Of a DNA stretch of 64,000 nt, positions 23,320-37,010 are shown piece by piece (the first letter of the stretch is position 1; the number at the start of each line of letters is the position of its first letter). The stretch covers positions 84,940,001 through 85,004,000 of the forward strand of contig NC_135885.1 of NCBI RefSeq assembly GCF_964194155.1, read 5' to 3'. Origin of the DNA: Cetorhinus maximus. Lineage: Eukaryota. The translations under genes were made by a program, and so were the position numbers. The notes under the pieces were generated by a model, which worked only from the letters and a program-made list of their open reading frames with translations, was not told the origin of the DNA and ran no database searches.

Positions 23320-24675
23320 GGAGTTACCCACTGTACCAGCCAAGCTCAACCAGTTCTGGCACCCACCTGACAATGTAGTAAATTGTCCAAGTATGTTCTT
23401 CCCGCAAAAAAGAACAAGTTTTTAAAAAAAGCAGTCAGTCTCCTTCAAATCATCAGTGAAGTGTCTGAAGGGTTAATAGTGCTATCAATCAATGCCTACC
23501 ACCAATAACCTGCTCATCAACACCTGTCACTAAGACTACTTAACTCCAGACCTCAGCACACCCTTAATCGAGACATGGAGGCAAGGAGGAAATACCAGAG
23601 GAGAAGTGAGAGTAGCTGACTTTCACATCAAAGCAATGTTTGACTAAGTATGGCACAAATAAGCCTGAGCAAAGAGGAAATCAATGGGGGTCAAAGGGAA
23701 AATCATCCAGTGCCAGGAGTCAAACTTCATGCAAGGAAAGTGATTTTGGTTGTCAGAAACCAGTTACCACAGCCCCTGGGACTCTACAGGCAAGTAACTT
23801 CAGCCCAAGTATCTTCAGCTACTTCACTAATGATCTTTCCCCCAACATAAGATGAGGAATGGGGGCTGTTTATTGACAATTCCATAGCATTCGGCCACTC
23901 TGCCAATAATGAAACAACTCATGCAAATGGAATCCAGGTTGGCACTAGCAAAAAGCAAATAACATTCGTGCCACATAAATATCAGATAATGACCATCTTG
24001 CACAAGAGAATGCCCAGTCACCTTACTTTGACCGTCTCTATCATTATCAGTGCCAAGTCCTCGACCAACGTCTTGGGAGTTAACAATAACTAGAAGCTGA
24101 ACTGAACCAGTCAAATCAACACAGTGGCATCAAGAACTGAGTAGAAGCCAGATACTCTGCAACAAGCAGTTTGGCTCTTGACCTCCCAAAGCCTCTCCAA
24201 CATCTACAAGGCTCAAGTCAAGTGTGATAGAATACTTCATACTCACTTGGATGACTGCAGCTGCAACAACACTCAAGAAACTCAGAACCATCTATGACAA
24301 CAGTGTGCTTGACTGGTGCCTGTAACTCTGGTTTCAATATCTAACCCTTCCACCATTAGCACAGTATTTATGATATACTAATGCACTGCAGCATCTCACC
24401 AAGGAAACTTTGACAGGACTTACTTCCCCCACAACAACTATCATCAAGAAGGTTAATAGCCTAGAAGTTATCACTTCCAAGTTCCTGCCCAAATCACATG
24501 CTATTGTGCCATGGCTTCTTCTTGACCCTTTGGTCATTATCTTGAAATTTCCTACACCACAGTGGAAGTATCAGCATCCACAAAGCCTGCAGCAGTTCAT
24601 GAAGGAGACCTACCTCAGAGGATGAACAATAAATGTAACTTGCCAAAATTGCCAGCATCCCAGGAACAAGTAAAA
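23320..24675 (+). mobile_element. Old CR1/L2-group LINE fragment (same family as 14953)
   Basis: Colinear degenerate similarity (AAGCCTCTCCAACATCTACAAGGCTCAAGTCA, AAGCTGAACTGAACCAG) and decayed tail CAATAAATG..GCATCCCAGGAAC. Confidence 0.8.
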
Positions 24676-25160
24676 AGACAGGAAATGTGCACAGAAGCAG
24701 GGTTATATGTTTGAAAAAAAAACTGCCACGATAGCTTTTTATGATTATACACGTCACATTTCACCCTTTACACTTCATTACAAATAGTAAACAATCCTGG
24801 TTGTTTCTTCTAATTTTCACAGCCTGACCTCTTATTATGGTTAACAGTTGAGCACTTATGAGCAACTGTCAATCTACAAAAACTTCATGCAGGAACAACA
24901 ATTAGTATCTTATTGATCTCAGATTGTTCCTACTTAGATAGCTAATAAGGAGAAGATCAGGTTAAATACTGCTGCAACATAGTTGCTAAACATTACACGT
25001 ATGTTCCAAACCCTTGATTACCCATTAGCAATGCCACAACAGATCAACTAGTTGTAATATGAGAAATTGTCATAACCTATAATCCAGGTACCAGTTAGGG
25101 CTGAGCATTGACATGGATGCCAATCTCTGGGCAAATTGAGCTACTTTTCAGTGGTAATGA

Positions 25161-25426
25161 TTTTTTTTCTCTCAAAAAAATACTTTATTCATAAAATTTG
25201 TAAATGTACATTACATTATGGTTTAAATTTGTCAGTGCATAAAGTACAATATAGTTCAATTCTTTTCAATACAGTACATAAGATGTCTGACTACACTTAC
25301 AATTACAAGTTGATTTACAATGTACATTTCATGTTAAACATTCTTTGGTGCATACAGGTCATGGGGTTTTACATGAAATCCAACTCCTCCGTGTACTATA
25401 GCAGGAGAACCTTACAGTGGCCTTTC
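25161..25426 (-). mobile_element. Tx1/L1-type LINE 3' UTR fragment with TSD
   Basis: Minus strand: ORF end KATV* then AT-rich UTR, AATAAA and A-tail; flanked by TTTCAGTGGTAATGAT (25146-61) and TTTCAGTTGTAATGAT (25423-38). Tx1 assignment is from recollection of similar tails. Confidence 0.6.
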
Positions 25427-26299
25427 AGTTGTAATGATAAATCTCTCCACTTGTGGAAAAGCTGCAAGGGGCATCAAATCATTTCAAAAATCATGTCATC
25501 AAAGAGCAATTGCAGAGTGAGGCTAACTCCAATTACAGGGAAATCCAGAGCCCAGTCTGTTACCGAACCTTGTTAACTAATAGTGGGGATAGAATGAAAG
25601 TAGAAGGATGGTGAAAGATGACAAAATAAGGTAAGATGATCTTTTTAAAGAAAATTCTAGTAAGCAACTTTTAAATGATGCAGAGCAGTCAAGTCTTGGG
25701 AGGCCAACATGACTAACTCAGTACTTACATATCCCAAGAACCATAATGCAGTAAAGGCATACTAGTTCCTGATTCATAGATTCTGACCAGTAAGGCGCAT
25801 CTTTGCCTGCATAATTCATGTTCCGCGAATTTTTGAATTCTGAATGCAGCCAAATTCCATTACTTAAGACGTGGTTTTTTTTCCCCCTGCTGCTTGTAAA
25901 TTAATATATCATAACAAATACAAGCTATGGAAGCTGTTAAAACTATTAAATAAAGTCTTTATCAGCTAATTAAATCACAAAAATGGGACACACTCATCTT
26001 CTCTCCTGGTACAGTGATGCACAATAGGTTCTTGCAATCCCACGACACTTGAGTTACAGTTTCGCTGTTGAGCACTTCACCATAAATGTAGGGAAAAAAC
26101 TGGCCTGGATATAATTGTGGGGCCAGATCAGGAACTGCCATAGAGCCAGCTAGCATGGTATAGCAGGGAGAGCAGGTCAATCAACATGTGTCTCAAAATC
26201 ACTTATCTTGGTTGCGGGGAGGCAGGGGAATGGGAAAGGCACATACAACGGTCCTCTCTACAACAAAAGTAGGAATGAAGTGGTCTTGTTTCACATCAA

Positions 26300-26695
26300 A
26301 ATCAGTTTGGTCCAAGTGGTCACACTCTGAATCAGAAGACTGATAGTTCACTCCAAGGTTTGAGCGCATTATCTAGGTAGACAATTCAATTCAATACTTA
26401 AGGGAGTGCTATATTATTCCAGCTGCCACCTTTTGGATGGGATGGTTCTGTCAGATTATTGTCAAAGATCTCATTCTTAAAAGAGCAGGGATTTCTCCCA
26501 ACGTCTCACATTTGTCCCACATCCAAAAACAGATTAACTGATCATTCATCTAATTACTGCTTGTAGGATCTTGGGTACATCAGCTGCCACATTTTCCTAC
26601 ATCAATATAAGTCTTTTGCACACCAAAGCAATTGTACGCATTCAGGATGTTTGAGAAATATGATAAACAAAGTGTCAGATAAATGAAAATCTTTG
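26300..26695 (+). mobile_element. Deu-domain SINE (SacSINE1-like), old copy
   Basis: CTCTGAATCAGAAG, AGGGAGTGCT, AAGAGCAGGG and AAACAGATTA blocks colinear with the copy at 44662-45021. Confidence 0.75.
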
Positions 26696-27217
26696 TCCCC
26701 TTAGTTCAATTTAATGGTTCGGAGTATGATTCACCGCTGACTAAATTCTGCTTGGTAAATGACAAAATCTACTGTAAGGCTAAAATTATATCTTACAAAA
26801 TATGAGAAAGCATACTTATCTCAAGGTAAATTTATTTATTTTACAGAACAATCTAGGATTAAGATTTTACTACCGAAAGAAATGATACGTGAGAATATAC
26901 CTAAACCAGGACCCACAACACTCAATTTGGTACAGAGAATGTAAGGGTATAGGGAGAGGTTGGGTCAGGAGTAGATAGCAGTCGTAAACAGTTCCATTCC
27001 CTCCTCAAAAGTTATATATAAAAAGGCAGCTTTAAGAGCAATAATACCACGTTAGACTAAATGATCTTGTATCCTTCACACAGGTCATTGCATATGACCT
27101 TTGCCTTTCTGGCCACTCAGGTAGAAGGGGTGAGCAATATTTTAACGCTTCATGAGTTTTAGAACCCTTTACAAGCATAACTTCAATCCTTATTCAGAAT
27201 CCCAAAGTACTGCTTAC

Positions 27218-27275
27218 CTGCTCATTCCAATCGGATGGAATCCCCAGTTAAGGTTTAACATTTTAAGGTGCATTT
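27218..27275 (-). other. Exon-like segment, 58 nt (unassigned)
   Basis: Acceptor CATTTTGATATAG, strong donor CAG|GTAAGC, single open frame MHLKMLNLNWGFHPIGMS. Confidence 0.25.
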
Positions 27276-30200
27276 CTATATCAAAATGTAATATTTTCTA
27301 CTGATGTTCAAGCTTCTTCAACAGCCTGAATGTTGTCACAACTTAGACCAGTCCCACCTTTAGGCAACAGCACATCCAATCTTACAGATGTTAGCACCTT
27401 CTTGTAAAATGTTTGTGTTCGAGTTCAGTTCTATAATGAATGACCAAAGGACTGAGATGCAGAGTACAATCTGATTAATTCTACTTGAAATAAAAATTGC
27501 TAAACACAGTCTATAGAAATCCCGATTCAAGAATAAAATGCCTTGGCAAATTACTTATTTGTTTATCAGGGCTCCACTGTTCTTCAACAGTTTCCTGTTC
27601 GCAGAAGGAAAAAGGTGCTGGCACTGCACATTTTCACTAATTGCTGCAACACCAACAATGACTCTATGCCGTTAATATGATAAAGGGTCCTCAGTGTGAC
27701 CAGCGCCACCCGTCTACTAGCACACAAGTGCAAAGTAGGTCCTTCTTAGAGAAACAAAAGAGCCATTCATCCACAACCTTCTGCCATTCACTCTAACACA
27801 ATCTGGCTAATTACCTACTGCTGAAATTCAAGATATAGAGAGCTTTCACTACACATTCAGCATAGAGAGACAAGAGGCCAGTTAATTCTAGTATCTATGA
27901 ATTTGCTTACATCCATGGGTGCACCCCACACATATAAATTTTAAAAAACACTTCTTGAATGAATAACGCTTTTTATTGCATGTCAGCTACTCTAGGAACT
28001 CATCTTGTCTGGCGTTTAAAAACAGGTTAGCAAAAAGACTCTTTACCCTGCTAAAGCAGGGTACCAACAAATCACTGGCAATTAAGACTGATTAGATTGG
28101 AAACTCGCATTAAATTCCATGTTGCAACATTAAGTCACTTTTATTCCAACATACAAAAGTTTTACATCCATTATTCTCATTCTCTTTCTACTCCTTCCAA
28201 TGACAATCATTTCTACAGGCGTTGCTTGTTCTTATGCTGCTAAGATAGACACAATGGCCCGAAGATTTCAACTGTCGACATAAATACAAGAGTTGATGTC
28301 ACCTAAACACTGGAGAAGTTATATTACAGATGTTGTCAGTTGTTCCTTCCCAAAAAAATGGAGCATCTCACTTCAATGTGTTGAGTACTGATCAAAACTT
28401 AATCAACCGTGGCCAGACCAATGAACAAAGTGAGAAGAGATTGCTCTCAGACTTGAACTGGTGACTGGTTGATAGTCAAGCACTCATCCACCTGGTTTTC
28501 CTTTATTCTATGTAAATTTGACAATACTTCCTGCTGATTGATTCCAAAATAAAAGCTAACTAAGCTAGTGAGATGCTGTTTTTAACTGAAAATTAGTAGT
28601 TAGTGCAGTGCTTTTTTGACTGAATATGAATAATTACTTTTTAAAAAGTGCTGCCAAGAAGAATTAATGCCTGTTCAAATTAATTCAGTCTTCAAATAAA
28701 ACAATTTTTTTTAACATTTCCAAGGTTTATCGGGAGAACCTTCCCAGGATGAGGGAGAGAAACGGATACCTCAGATGAATATTACATCACCAAGGAAACC
28801 ACCAGGAAAATAGGTGAATAGATTCACTGCATTACCATGAAAGTAATGCCTTGGCTGAAAGTCATTCATCCATAGTCTCTAGATGATTTTGGGCAGTGAT
28901 CATTACAACATAAAATAATCACTTTCTCACCCCACTCTTTTAGCCGCTGACACAGAAACCCATAAAATGCTAGAAGTAGGGGAAGAGGGAAAAAACAAGA
29001 GAAGCTGGTAGTATCCAAACTTTTGGTATAAAAAAAGTGCAAAAACAAATGCATTAGGAGCCAAATTGTCACAGCATGACACCACATTCAAAAGGAACAA
29101 GGAAGTCCTAATGGGGCCTTTATTCAGACCGCGAAAAAAAGATCAGAACCTGGCAAGATGTTTTGATTCAAATTGAATGCCTTAAAGCTTATTCCGAGCT
29201 GCCTTCTAAGTGGCTGCTACATGCTGTTAAAATCATGACATCAGCAGCACCGTCGCACAGAAAATGTGATATCAGGCTCCATTTTGTTTCATGGAAATTA
29301 ATGAATGGGGATGGGGAACCAGGTTGCTGAACTGAAATATTTAAGATTCAAACCACTGAATCTCAATTAAAAACAATGTACTGGCAAAAATATATTTCAT
29401 ATATGCCTAAAATATATTAACAAATTTACATTTGTGCACACTCCCCGTCAGTGCCACTGCACTCTCGGTTGTCATATTTTTGTCCCACTCTTTGTGTCAA
29501 CTTTACCCTATGTCCACATTTAAAATGTAAACATGTCACTCTGATTGTTCAAACTTGTCACCAGGTTGCATAATCTGGCCACTGGGTTCACATAATTGGC
29601 AAAGAATGCTTTCATTTTTTTAAACTGCCATTTTCTCTTCAGTGACTGAAATTTCTATTGCCCATAATAAGGTTTAGCAAAAATACACATTTTTATTAAA
29701 AATTATTTCACAATAATCTGATTGCAATTTGCATCTATATTTTATTTTGTGTCTTTCAAGGTCTTCATTAAAGATTTTACAAAAAAGCCTCAACTTCTGC
29801 AGATAGCCAAGACTTAGTGTTGATATGTTTTCCCAGAGCTGTAGTATAACAAACTGAACTTTGATTATGTAGTCTAAGCATATGCAGTGTACCTCAATTT
29901 CCAGGTTGCATCAGTACCAGTTAGCCATACTGAGGAATATTTTTCTGTAACGTCTAGCACCTTCCATTCAAAAGTTCTCGAAAGATATGCGACAATCGAA
30001 AGAACAAACTGAAGCGACTTCATTGAGGTAGAATTCATATTGAGTTTATTTTTTTTTAAAAACAGGGTCACTGCGATAAGAGAAAAATGGCAACGTTCTG
30101 ATGATACAAGTGTTGGATCCTTTGTTTTGTGTGTGAAGTTTGTAAAGTGTGTAAAAGAAAGAGACAGGGTCAGAGGGTTAGGAGAGAGAGCCATTGCATG

Positions 30201-32303
30201 AAAAAAGGCAGAGTTCATGGTATTTTAGTTGAAAAACGTTGAATTATGAAGCCAGCCAATTACCTCATTTTTATTTTGTTGACAGAGGAAGTCAGTCCTA
30301 GTGGGTGAGATAGGGATTCCAATTTCTAACACCTGTTCGACAGATACAAAGAGAGACAGAGAAAGTAACGAATAGAAAGAAGGGCAAACTGGTAGGTTTT
30401 GTCCTTATTCTAATTTGATTTCTTATAAAATTGAATTCTGAAAGCAAACAAAACTTCTTTCGAGTGAAAGCAAAAGGGAGAAAGGACAGAGGATAGAAAC
30501 AGATTGGGGCTAAGTGGGTCTCCAGCTTCTCACCTACTTTGCGGCATGGAGATTACGGGGTTTGATGGAAGTGGCTGATGAATAACAAGTGAGGTGAATG
30601 ATAATGTAGCAAGGAATTGGTGGATAATGGGACTGAACAGGCAATTCAAAAGAGGAGGCAGGATAAGTAATGGGAGTGAAGTGGTAAGAAGGTGAATTGG
30701 TAGGCGACGTAATGGGAGTGAAGGGATGGAAGGGAAGCATTAGTCATTGGGAAGGCTGCTCTTAAGGGTCACATAACCTGTACACCAAATGCAGTCCGCA
30801 GCCAGTGGTGGCTCCACTCCCTATAGTGCCATGTCATACAGCCACCAACACCCACCCGAAAAGAAAGACAGAGTGGCGAGAAAAAGATAAGATTTATGGG
30901 GAGAGATGCAGATGAGAAAAAAGAGCCACAGAATCAGAGAGACGGAGTCAACACCAACAGAAGCTGGTAAGAAAGAGATTGTTTTTTCAAACTATGCAAC
31001 TCCGTAGAAGATTGATTAATACGATATTAAAATTTTAAAAATATGTCTCTGCACATTTCCTTTCTACAAAATATTACTTCCTGTCATTTTTATGTCATAT
31101 TTGTGTCAACTTTTTCCATTATAAATTCTTATATCCACATTTATACTGGAAAGTGACTCTGCAAACGTGTCATTTGTAATTACATCTTCCCACCAGTAAT
31201 GGCTCAGTTTTGCATCTCCCAGTTCTTCAGCCTGTACTCCAGATAAGGCCTTATACTAAAACTAACTCGGTTTCTGAGAGTTGGTGGGGGGGGCGGGTGC
31301 ACAAATTTTATGGAGCCCCCAAGAGCAGGAAGCATGGTGTGTGGGTGACTCAATTAGGTAGGATGCAAAATTCTGATTTCCTGACTGCGGATTGAGATGC
31401 AGAGATAAAAAAACTCAATGACATGTTGAGCCTCACACCAGCCTGTGGCGGGTTCATACTTATAATATGTTTGCATATCATGAATACTCATTAACATGAA
31501 ACAGTATTCAATGGAGTCCTACCCTCAAGATAAAGTCAGCAGCATAGGAGAATCTCATGGCACCCGCTTCACGATCGTTTAAAGGTGGTGTGCACCAGTC
31601 AGCTTTTTGCAGTTGTGACTAAAGTTAGCAGTTGTCCATGTTGAACTCTGTGATACAAGGCAGTGGATGTTGAAAGGTTGGCATTTGTGTGCTGAGAGGT
31701 GCAGTGGAGGCAGGGGAGGGTGGACAGAAGGTGGTGTTTGGGAGCAGGGAGGTGCGGACGTGGGATGGTAGGGTGAACAGAGGGGAGTATTTGTGTGCAG
31801 GGAGGTGCCAAGGAAGAAAGGGATGAGATGGGGGGGGATGCGGGGGAGGCGTTCAGGTGTAGGGAGGCACGGTGGAGGGAAGGGCCTAGCACCCTAGGTG
31901 TGGTGGTCATGTAAGGCGGGGAGGAAGGTTCCAGGCAGGCATGGCAAGATGGATGATGAGCCTTAAGGGCAGGGTTGGTGCTGTCAATCTAGGGGTCCTA
32001 TAGGTTAAATTGAGGGTGCTGGGTGGCAGCAGGAATATTCAGTCAAAGTAAGGGGTTGGGTGGGGAGTTGTATATAGTATGGAGACAGGTCCAGTGTCAG
32101 GGTTGGATATTCAAAGGTCTCATGGGGTGGACAAAAGCATTGAAGAGGATAACAGGGAAGGGGTCAGGGTCAGAGTAGGCATTTGGATGGTCATGAGTGT
32201 AGGCACAGGAGGAGAGAGGGAATGTCCAGGGAAATGGTAAAAGGGTCCAGGGTAACGGGGATAGGTTCAAGGGCAACAGAGGGAGGTGGAAAGGCTATGT
32301 TGG

Positions 32304-33901
32304 ACTAGATAGAATGAAGAATTGAAGGAAATTATTAGCAAGCAGGCTGTATTGGAAAAATTAATGGCACTGAAGGTTGATAAGTCCCTGGGACCTGATA
32401 TTCTGCATCCCAGAATATTGAAAGAAAGCGCCATGGAGATAGTGGATACCTTGGTGATCATCTTCCAAAATTCTATAGATTCTGGAACGGTTTCTGCAGA
32501 TTGGAGGATAGCAAATGTTACCCCACTATTTAAGAAGGGAGGGAGAGAGAAAACAGGGAGCTACAGACCTGTTAACCTTACATCAGTAGTAGAGCAAATG
32601 CTGGAATCTGTTATAAAGGATGTGATAAATAGATACTTAGATAATGTTGATCTGATTGGGCATAGTCAACATGGATTTATGAACGGGAAATCATATTTAA
32701 CAAACCTGTTGGAGTTTTTTGAGGATGCAACTAACAGAATTGATAAAGGGAGTCTGTGGACTTGGATTTCCAGAAGGCTTTCGATAAAGTCCCCACAGGA
32801 GGTTGGTTAGCAAGATTAAAGCATATGGGATAGAAGGTAATACACTGGCATATGTTAAGGATTGGTTAACAGGCAGAAAACAGAGTAGGAATAAATGGGC
32901 CATTCTCGCATTGGCAGGCTGTGACTAGTGGGGTACCGCAAGGATCGGTACTTGGGCCCCAGCTGTTCACAAAATATATCAATGATTTGGATGTGGGGAC
33001 CAAATGTGATATTTCCAAGTTCGCGAATGGGAACGTGAGGAAAATGTAAAGCAGCTTTAAGGGAATTTGGACAGACTCAAGTGAGTGAGCAAGAACATGG
33101 CAGATGGAATATAATGTGGAAAAATGTGAGGTTATCCAGCTTGGTAGAAGGGACAGATGTGCAGAGTATTTCTTAAATAGCAAGAGATTAGAAAGAGTAG
33201 ATGTACAAAGGGACCAGAGTGTCCTCGTCAATAAGTCACTGAAAGCTAACATGCAGGTGCAGCAAGCTAGTAGGAAGCTAATGGTATGTTAGCCTTTATC
33301 ACAAGAGGATTTGAGTACAGGAGTCGCGAAGTCTTGCTTCAATTATATAGAACCATTTGTTAGAGCGCACCTGGAGTACTGTGTGCAGTTTTGGTCCCCT
33401 TATCTTAGGAAGGATATTATTGCCATAGAGGGAGCGCAATGAAGGTTTGCCAGACTTGTTCTTGGGATGGTGAGACTGCCCTATGAAGTGAAATTGGGGA
33501 AACTGGGCCTGTATTCTCTAGCGTTTTGAAGAATAAGGAGAGGTGATCTCAATGAAACCTACAAAAAGATAGATGCAGTTTAAGATGTTTCCCCTGGTTG
33601 GGGAGTCTAGAACCAGAGAACACAATTTCAAAATAAGGGGGAAACCACATAGGACAGAGATGAGGAGAATTTATTTCATTCAGGGGGGTGTGAATCTTTG
33701 AAATTCTCTACCCCAGAGGACTGTGAGAGCTCAGTCATTGAATATGTTTAAAGTAGGGATTGACAGATTTCTGAATACCAATGACATAAAGGGATATGGG
33801 GACAGTGTAGGAAAAGGCATTAAGTGGATGAGCAGCCATGATTGTATTGAATGGCAGAGCAGGCTTGATGGGCTGAATGGCCTACTGCTGCTCCTACATT
33901 C
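32304..33901 (+). mobile_element. CR1 LINE, 5'-truncated, nested in Harbinger element 2
   Basis: ORF 32322-32810 (LKVDKSLGPDILHPRILKE..ADWRIANVTPLFKKGGREKTGSYRPVNLTS..SQHGF), [10 protein letters not shown] and a CR1 tail; flanked by CTATGTTGG (32295-303, 33902-10). Confidence 0.95.
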
Positions 33902-34250
33902 CTATGTTGGGTGGGTCAAGGGTGATGGGGCAAGCGTAAAAGTGCTCCAATGAAGAGTTTTCACTTATTGACAAAATCAAAAGTGCCAGATCCAGGAAGA
34001 AGGTACGGGAATGGGTCTGAAACTTGACATCCATCATCCTTAGGGTCCCGTGTCAAACGCAGCTTCTCTGAATGTAAGCTCAATTAAAGTGGAAGAAGGA
34101 GACTATTTTGGGCTGGTGGAGTTCACGTTGTGTACAATTGGCCAATTAAAGGTATGCTTTAACAATTAGTTAAATGGATGAGAATCATGGACAAGCATTC
34201 TCTCAAGTATATGTCTGCCCTCTTCGCACGATGCAAGTACTGCTATAACC

Positions 34251-35490
34251 ATGGGTCTCATTCACCCAACCTCTCTGGCCATCCAACAACAGAGGCCACA
34301 AGGCCAACAGCAGGCATCACCAGAGGGGAATGCTGTCCGAACGCAGACATCCAGGGAAGACATCAGCAAAGGTGGGCACTAGCATGTCAATGTATCCAGA
34401 GGACAAGGACAAACTACCTCCAGGTGTCAGAAAAGTGCTGCCAGAGATGTCTGAGGATGTCCTGGCAAATGGTCAGAGAGATAGGTTGGATTTTTCATCA
34501 AGACAAGCAGCCACGTGGATTTGGTGGGAACCCTATGCCAATGGGCCTCAAGGTTGCAGCGGCGCTCAATCTCTGCGTCAATGGTGGCTTCAAGGGCGCG
34601 AAGGGAAAGATATATGGCATCTCAAAGGCTACCGCACGTAGGTGCATAAAGGAGGTGACCGATGCCTTTTCTCATTGTGCCAATGATTTTATCCACTTCA
34701 CCAACAAAGACGACAACCAAGTAACAAGGTCAGCCGTGTACGGTTCATCGCTCAGTTTCCTCAAGTGCATGGTGTCATCAACTGTACATATATGAACCAC
34801 AGAATTGTTATGGTGCAGAAGGAGGCTATTTGGCCCATCGTGTCTGCACTGGCACTCCGAATGAGGCCGATGGTCATAAATTCGGCCATAAAAGCTCCCT
34901 GGGGATAGGTAGCTGAATTTGTAAATCATAAAGGGTTTCACTCCATGAATGTACAACTGATGTGCAACCACAGGGGAAGAATCCTTCAGGTTTGTATTTG
35001 GTTCCCAGGGAGTGGTCACAATGCACATACCTTGTGGATCTCAAGGGTCCCAGAACTTCTTGAAACCCCTGCCCAGGTTAATGGATGAATTCCCAGTGAC
35101 AAGGCCCATCCTCTGCGTACCCGGTTGATGACACCAGTGAGACGTCCCCAGGGTGAGACAGGGGATTATGCCTCCACCAGAGCCATCATCAAGCACACTA
35201 TTGGGCTTCTTCAAATGCATTTCCGCTGGCTTGACCCATCTGGAGGGGCTCTGCAATATGCACCCCAAAGGATGTCATGAATAACAGTGGTCTGCTGTGC
35301 ATTGCACAATCTGGCACTGCGGCAGGGACAGACGTTGCAAACATCAGCCGTCCTCAGATGACAAGAATTTATTGGAGCATGAGGAGGAGGAGGCCATAAA
35401 TCTAAATGAGCATTTCATGGATACCAGGCCATGTAGAGATGTGTAAGGGAAGCCAGGGACAACCTGATCTATCCAAGGTTTGCACAACAA
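34251..35490 (+). pseudogene. HARBI1-like transposase pseudogene (element 2)
   Basis: PMGLKVAAALN..GISK..IKEVTDA..FPQVHGVINCT / FVNHKGFHSMNVQLMCNH..FPGSGHN..LMTPV..TRAIIKHTIGLLQMHFRWL..GGALQYAP..CCALHNLA; many lesions and a CR1-tail insert at ~34795-34885. Confidence 0.9.
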
Positions 35491-36119
35491 TAAAACACCT
35501 TCATTGCCATCACTCCATTGGCAGACCTCCATCATCTTCCTGGGGTATAGACCTAGCCCTGCCATCCTCTGTTGCTGAGTTAACTATAAACCTGTGTCCT
35601 CTACCGCCTAAAATAGAATAAGGAGCAGCGCTTTCTCTCTCTCTCTCCCTCACACACACATACACACTAATGGGTGCTGGTACCAAGAACATCATAGGGT
35701 TACATGGGCATCCATATAACAGCCTGCCTTGCCCAATTATTCTGATCCAGCACCATCTTTAGCGTGTTTTGAATACAACTGCACCTGTCTCATTTATACC
35801 TACTGAGTGTGAACTGGGCCAATGTCCTCTCGAGTGCATAGATGAAGCGGGGGGGTCAGCTGTGCATGCTTTTAAAGCCATGTTCCACAAAATGATCATC
35901 GCAGCCATCTCATTCAGGAATAATGTCTATGTCCTTATCTCCTCTCTAGCCATCAAATTGTGACAAACATGGGGCGTGCCATGACCACTAAATCTTAGAC
36001 TATGACATGCTCCAACACTTCTCAATAATTATGAACAATTACAAAAAAGATGTTATATTGTGTGTATCTTTACAAGTGATAAACATACGGATCAATCACC
36101 CAGACCACTTTTGTGCACA

Positions 36120-37010
36120 TACCTTTTCCACTTATCTTTTCCTACCGTTATGTTTAGGTGCAATTCCAAAATCAACAGCTCAGTTGGAGGCAGTCTGCTC
36201 AGAGTGATGACCTGTTGCCTTGGAGGACTGTGGCGGCCGTCCTCTTGAGGTATGGGGCCATGAGGGCTCGAAGCCTACAGGGTCTCCTGCACTGGCGCAG
36301 AGGCGTCCCCCTCACTCTCACCTGCCAGAGGCTATTGGGGTCAATGGTGGAGGGGATGAGGTGGTACTGCTAACCCTGTGGGTGTCCTGACAGAAAGGCC
36401 CCACGATAGCTGGCAAATACTCCTCCTCCTTCTGGGTGAGCAATTGCACCTCCCTGTCTCCCTGAGGGGAAGGGGCTCCTGAAGGGAGGTCCAGGGGCCT
36501 CATCAAACTCTCATCTAGCCACTGCTTCATTGAGCCCATGGCTAGAACAATGGAATGCAGGCCGGAGCGCACGTGGATCAAATGCTTGACCTGGTCCTCC
36601 ATGGCAATCGCCATCCCCTTCATGGGTGAAGTCGTGCACTTAAATACCTGAGATATGGCAGTACATGGACTCCTCCGTACCCTATGTAAAGCTGCGCAAA
36701 ATCCTTGGCATCTCTAATCTACTTTCCCCTAGCCTCTGCTACATGTCCAGCTGGCTACATGTGACCACGGCCAGTGGCCACTCATTAGCATGGAGCTCAG
36801 CAGGATCCTCAGATCTTCTGGGGACACTGTTGTTACATCTTTCCAGAGGCGCTGATACTTCTGTGGTGTTCGCATCAGATTTTGCCCCGGAATATACACG
36901 TGAGCCCTCCACGGGCCATGGCTGTAACTGTGCTGGCAAAAGCTGATGATGAGGCAGATGACGACCCTCCGCCACTGAATCGCAGGAGTTTCCCACACAC
37001 CCTGTTGGCA
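36120..37010 (-). pseudogene. Myb-like gene, last-exon remnant (element 2)
   Basis: MAIAMEDQVKHL..LHSIVLAM..PLDLPSGAPSPQG aligns with MAAAMEALVQDV..LNSIADAI..QLTLTPASPSLQG of element 1; basic end PKHNGRKR. SANT-domain exons not found. Confidence 0.7.

Noticed and set aside
30530-32280. Purine/G-rich tracts (30530-30770, 31690-32280) as a repeat array or CRISPR-like locus
   Set aside because: Only low-complexity sequence with one 15-bp duplication (GTAATGGGAGTGAAG); no regular repeat-spacer period, and the DNA is eukaryotic.
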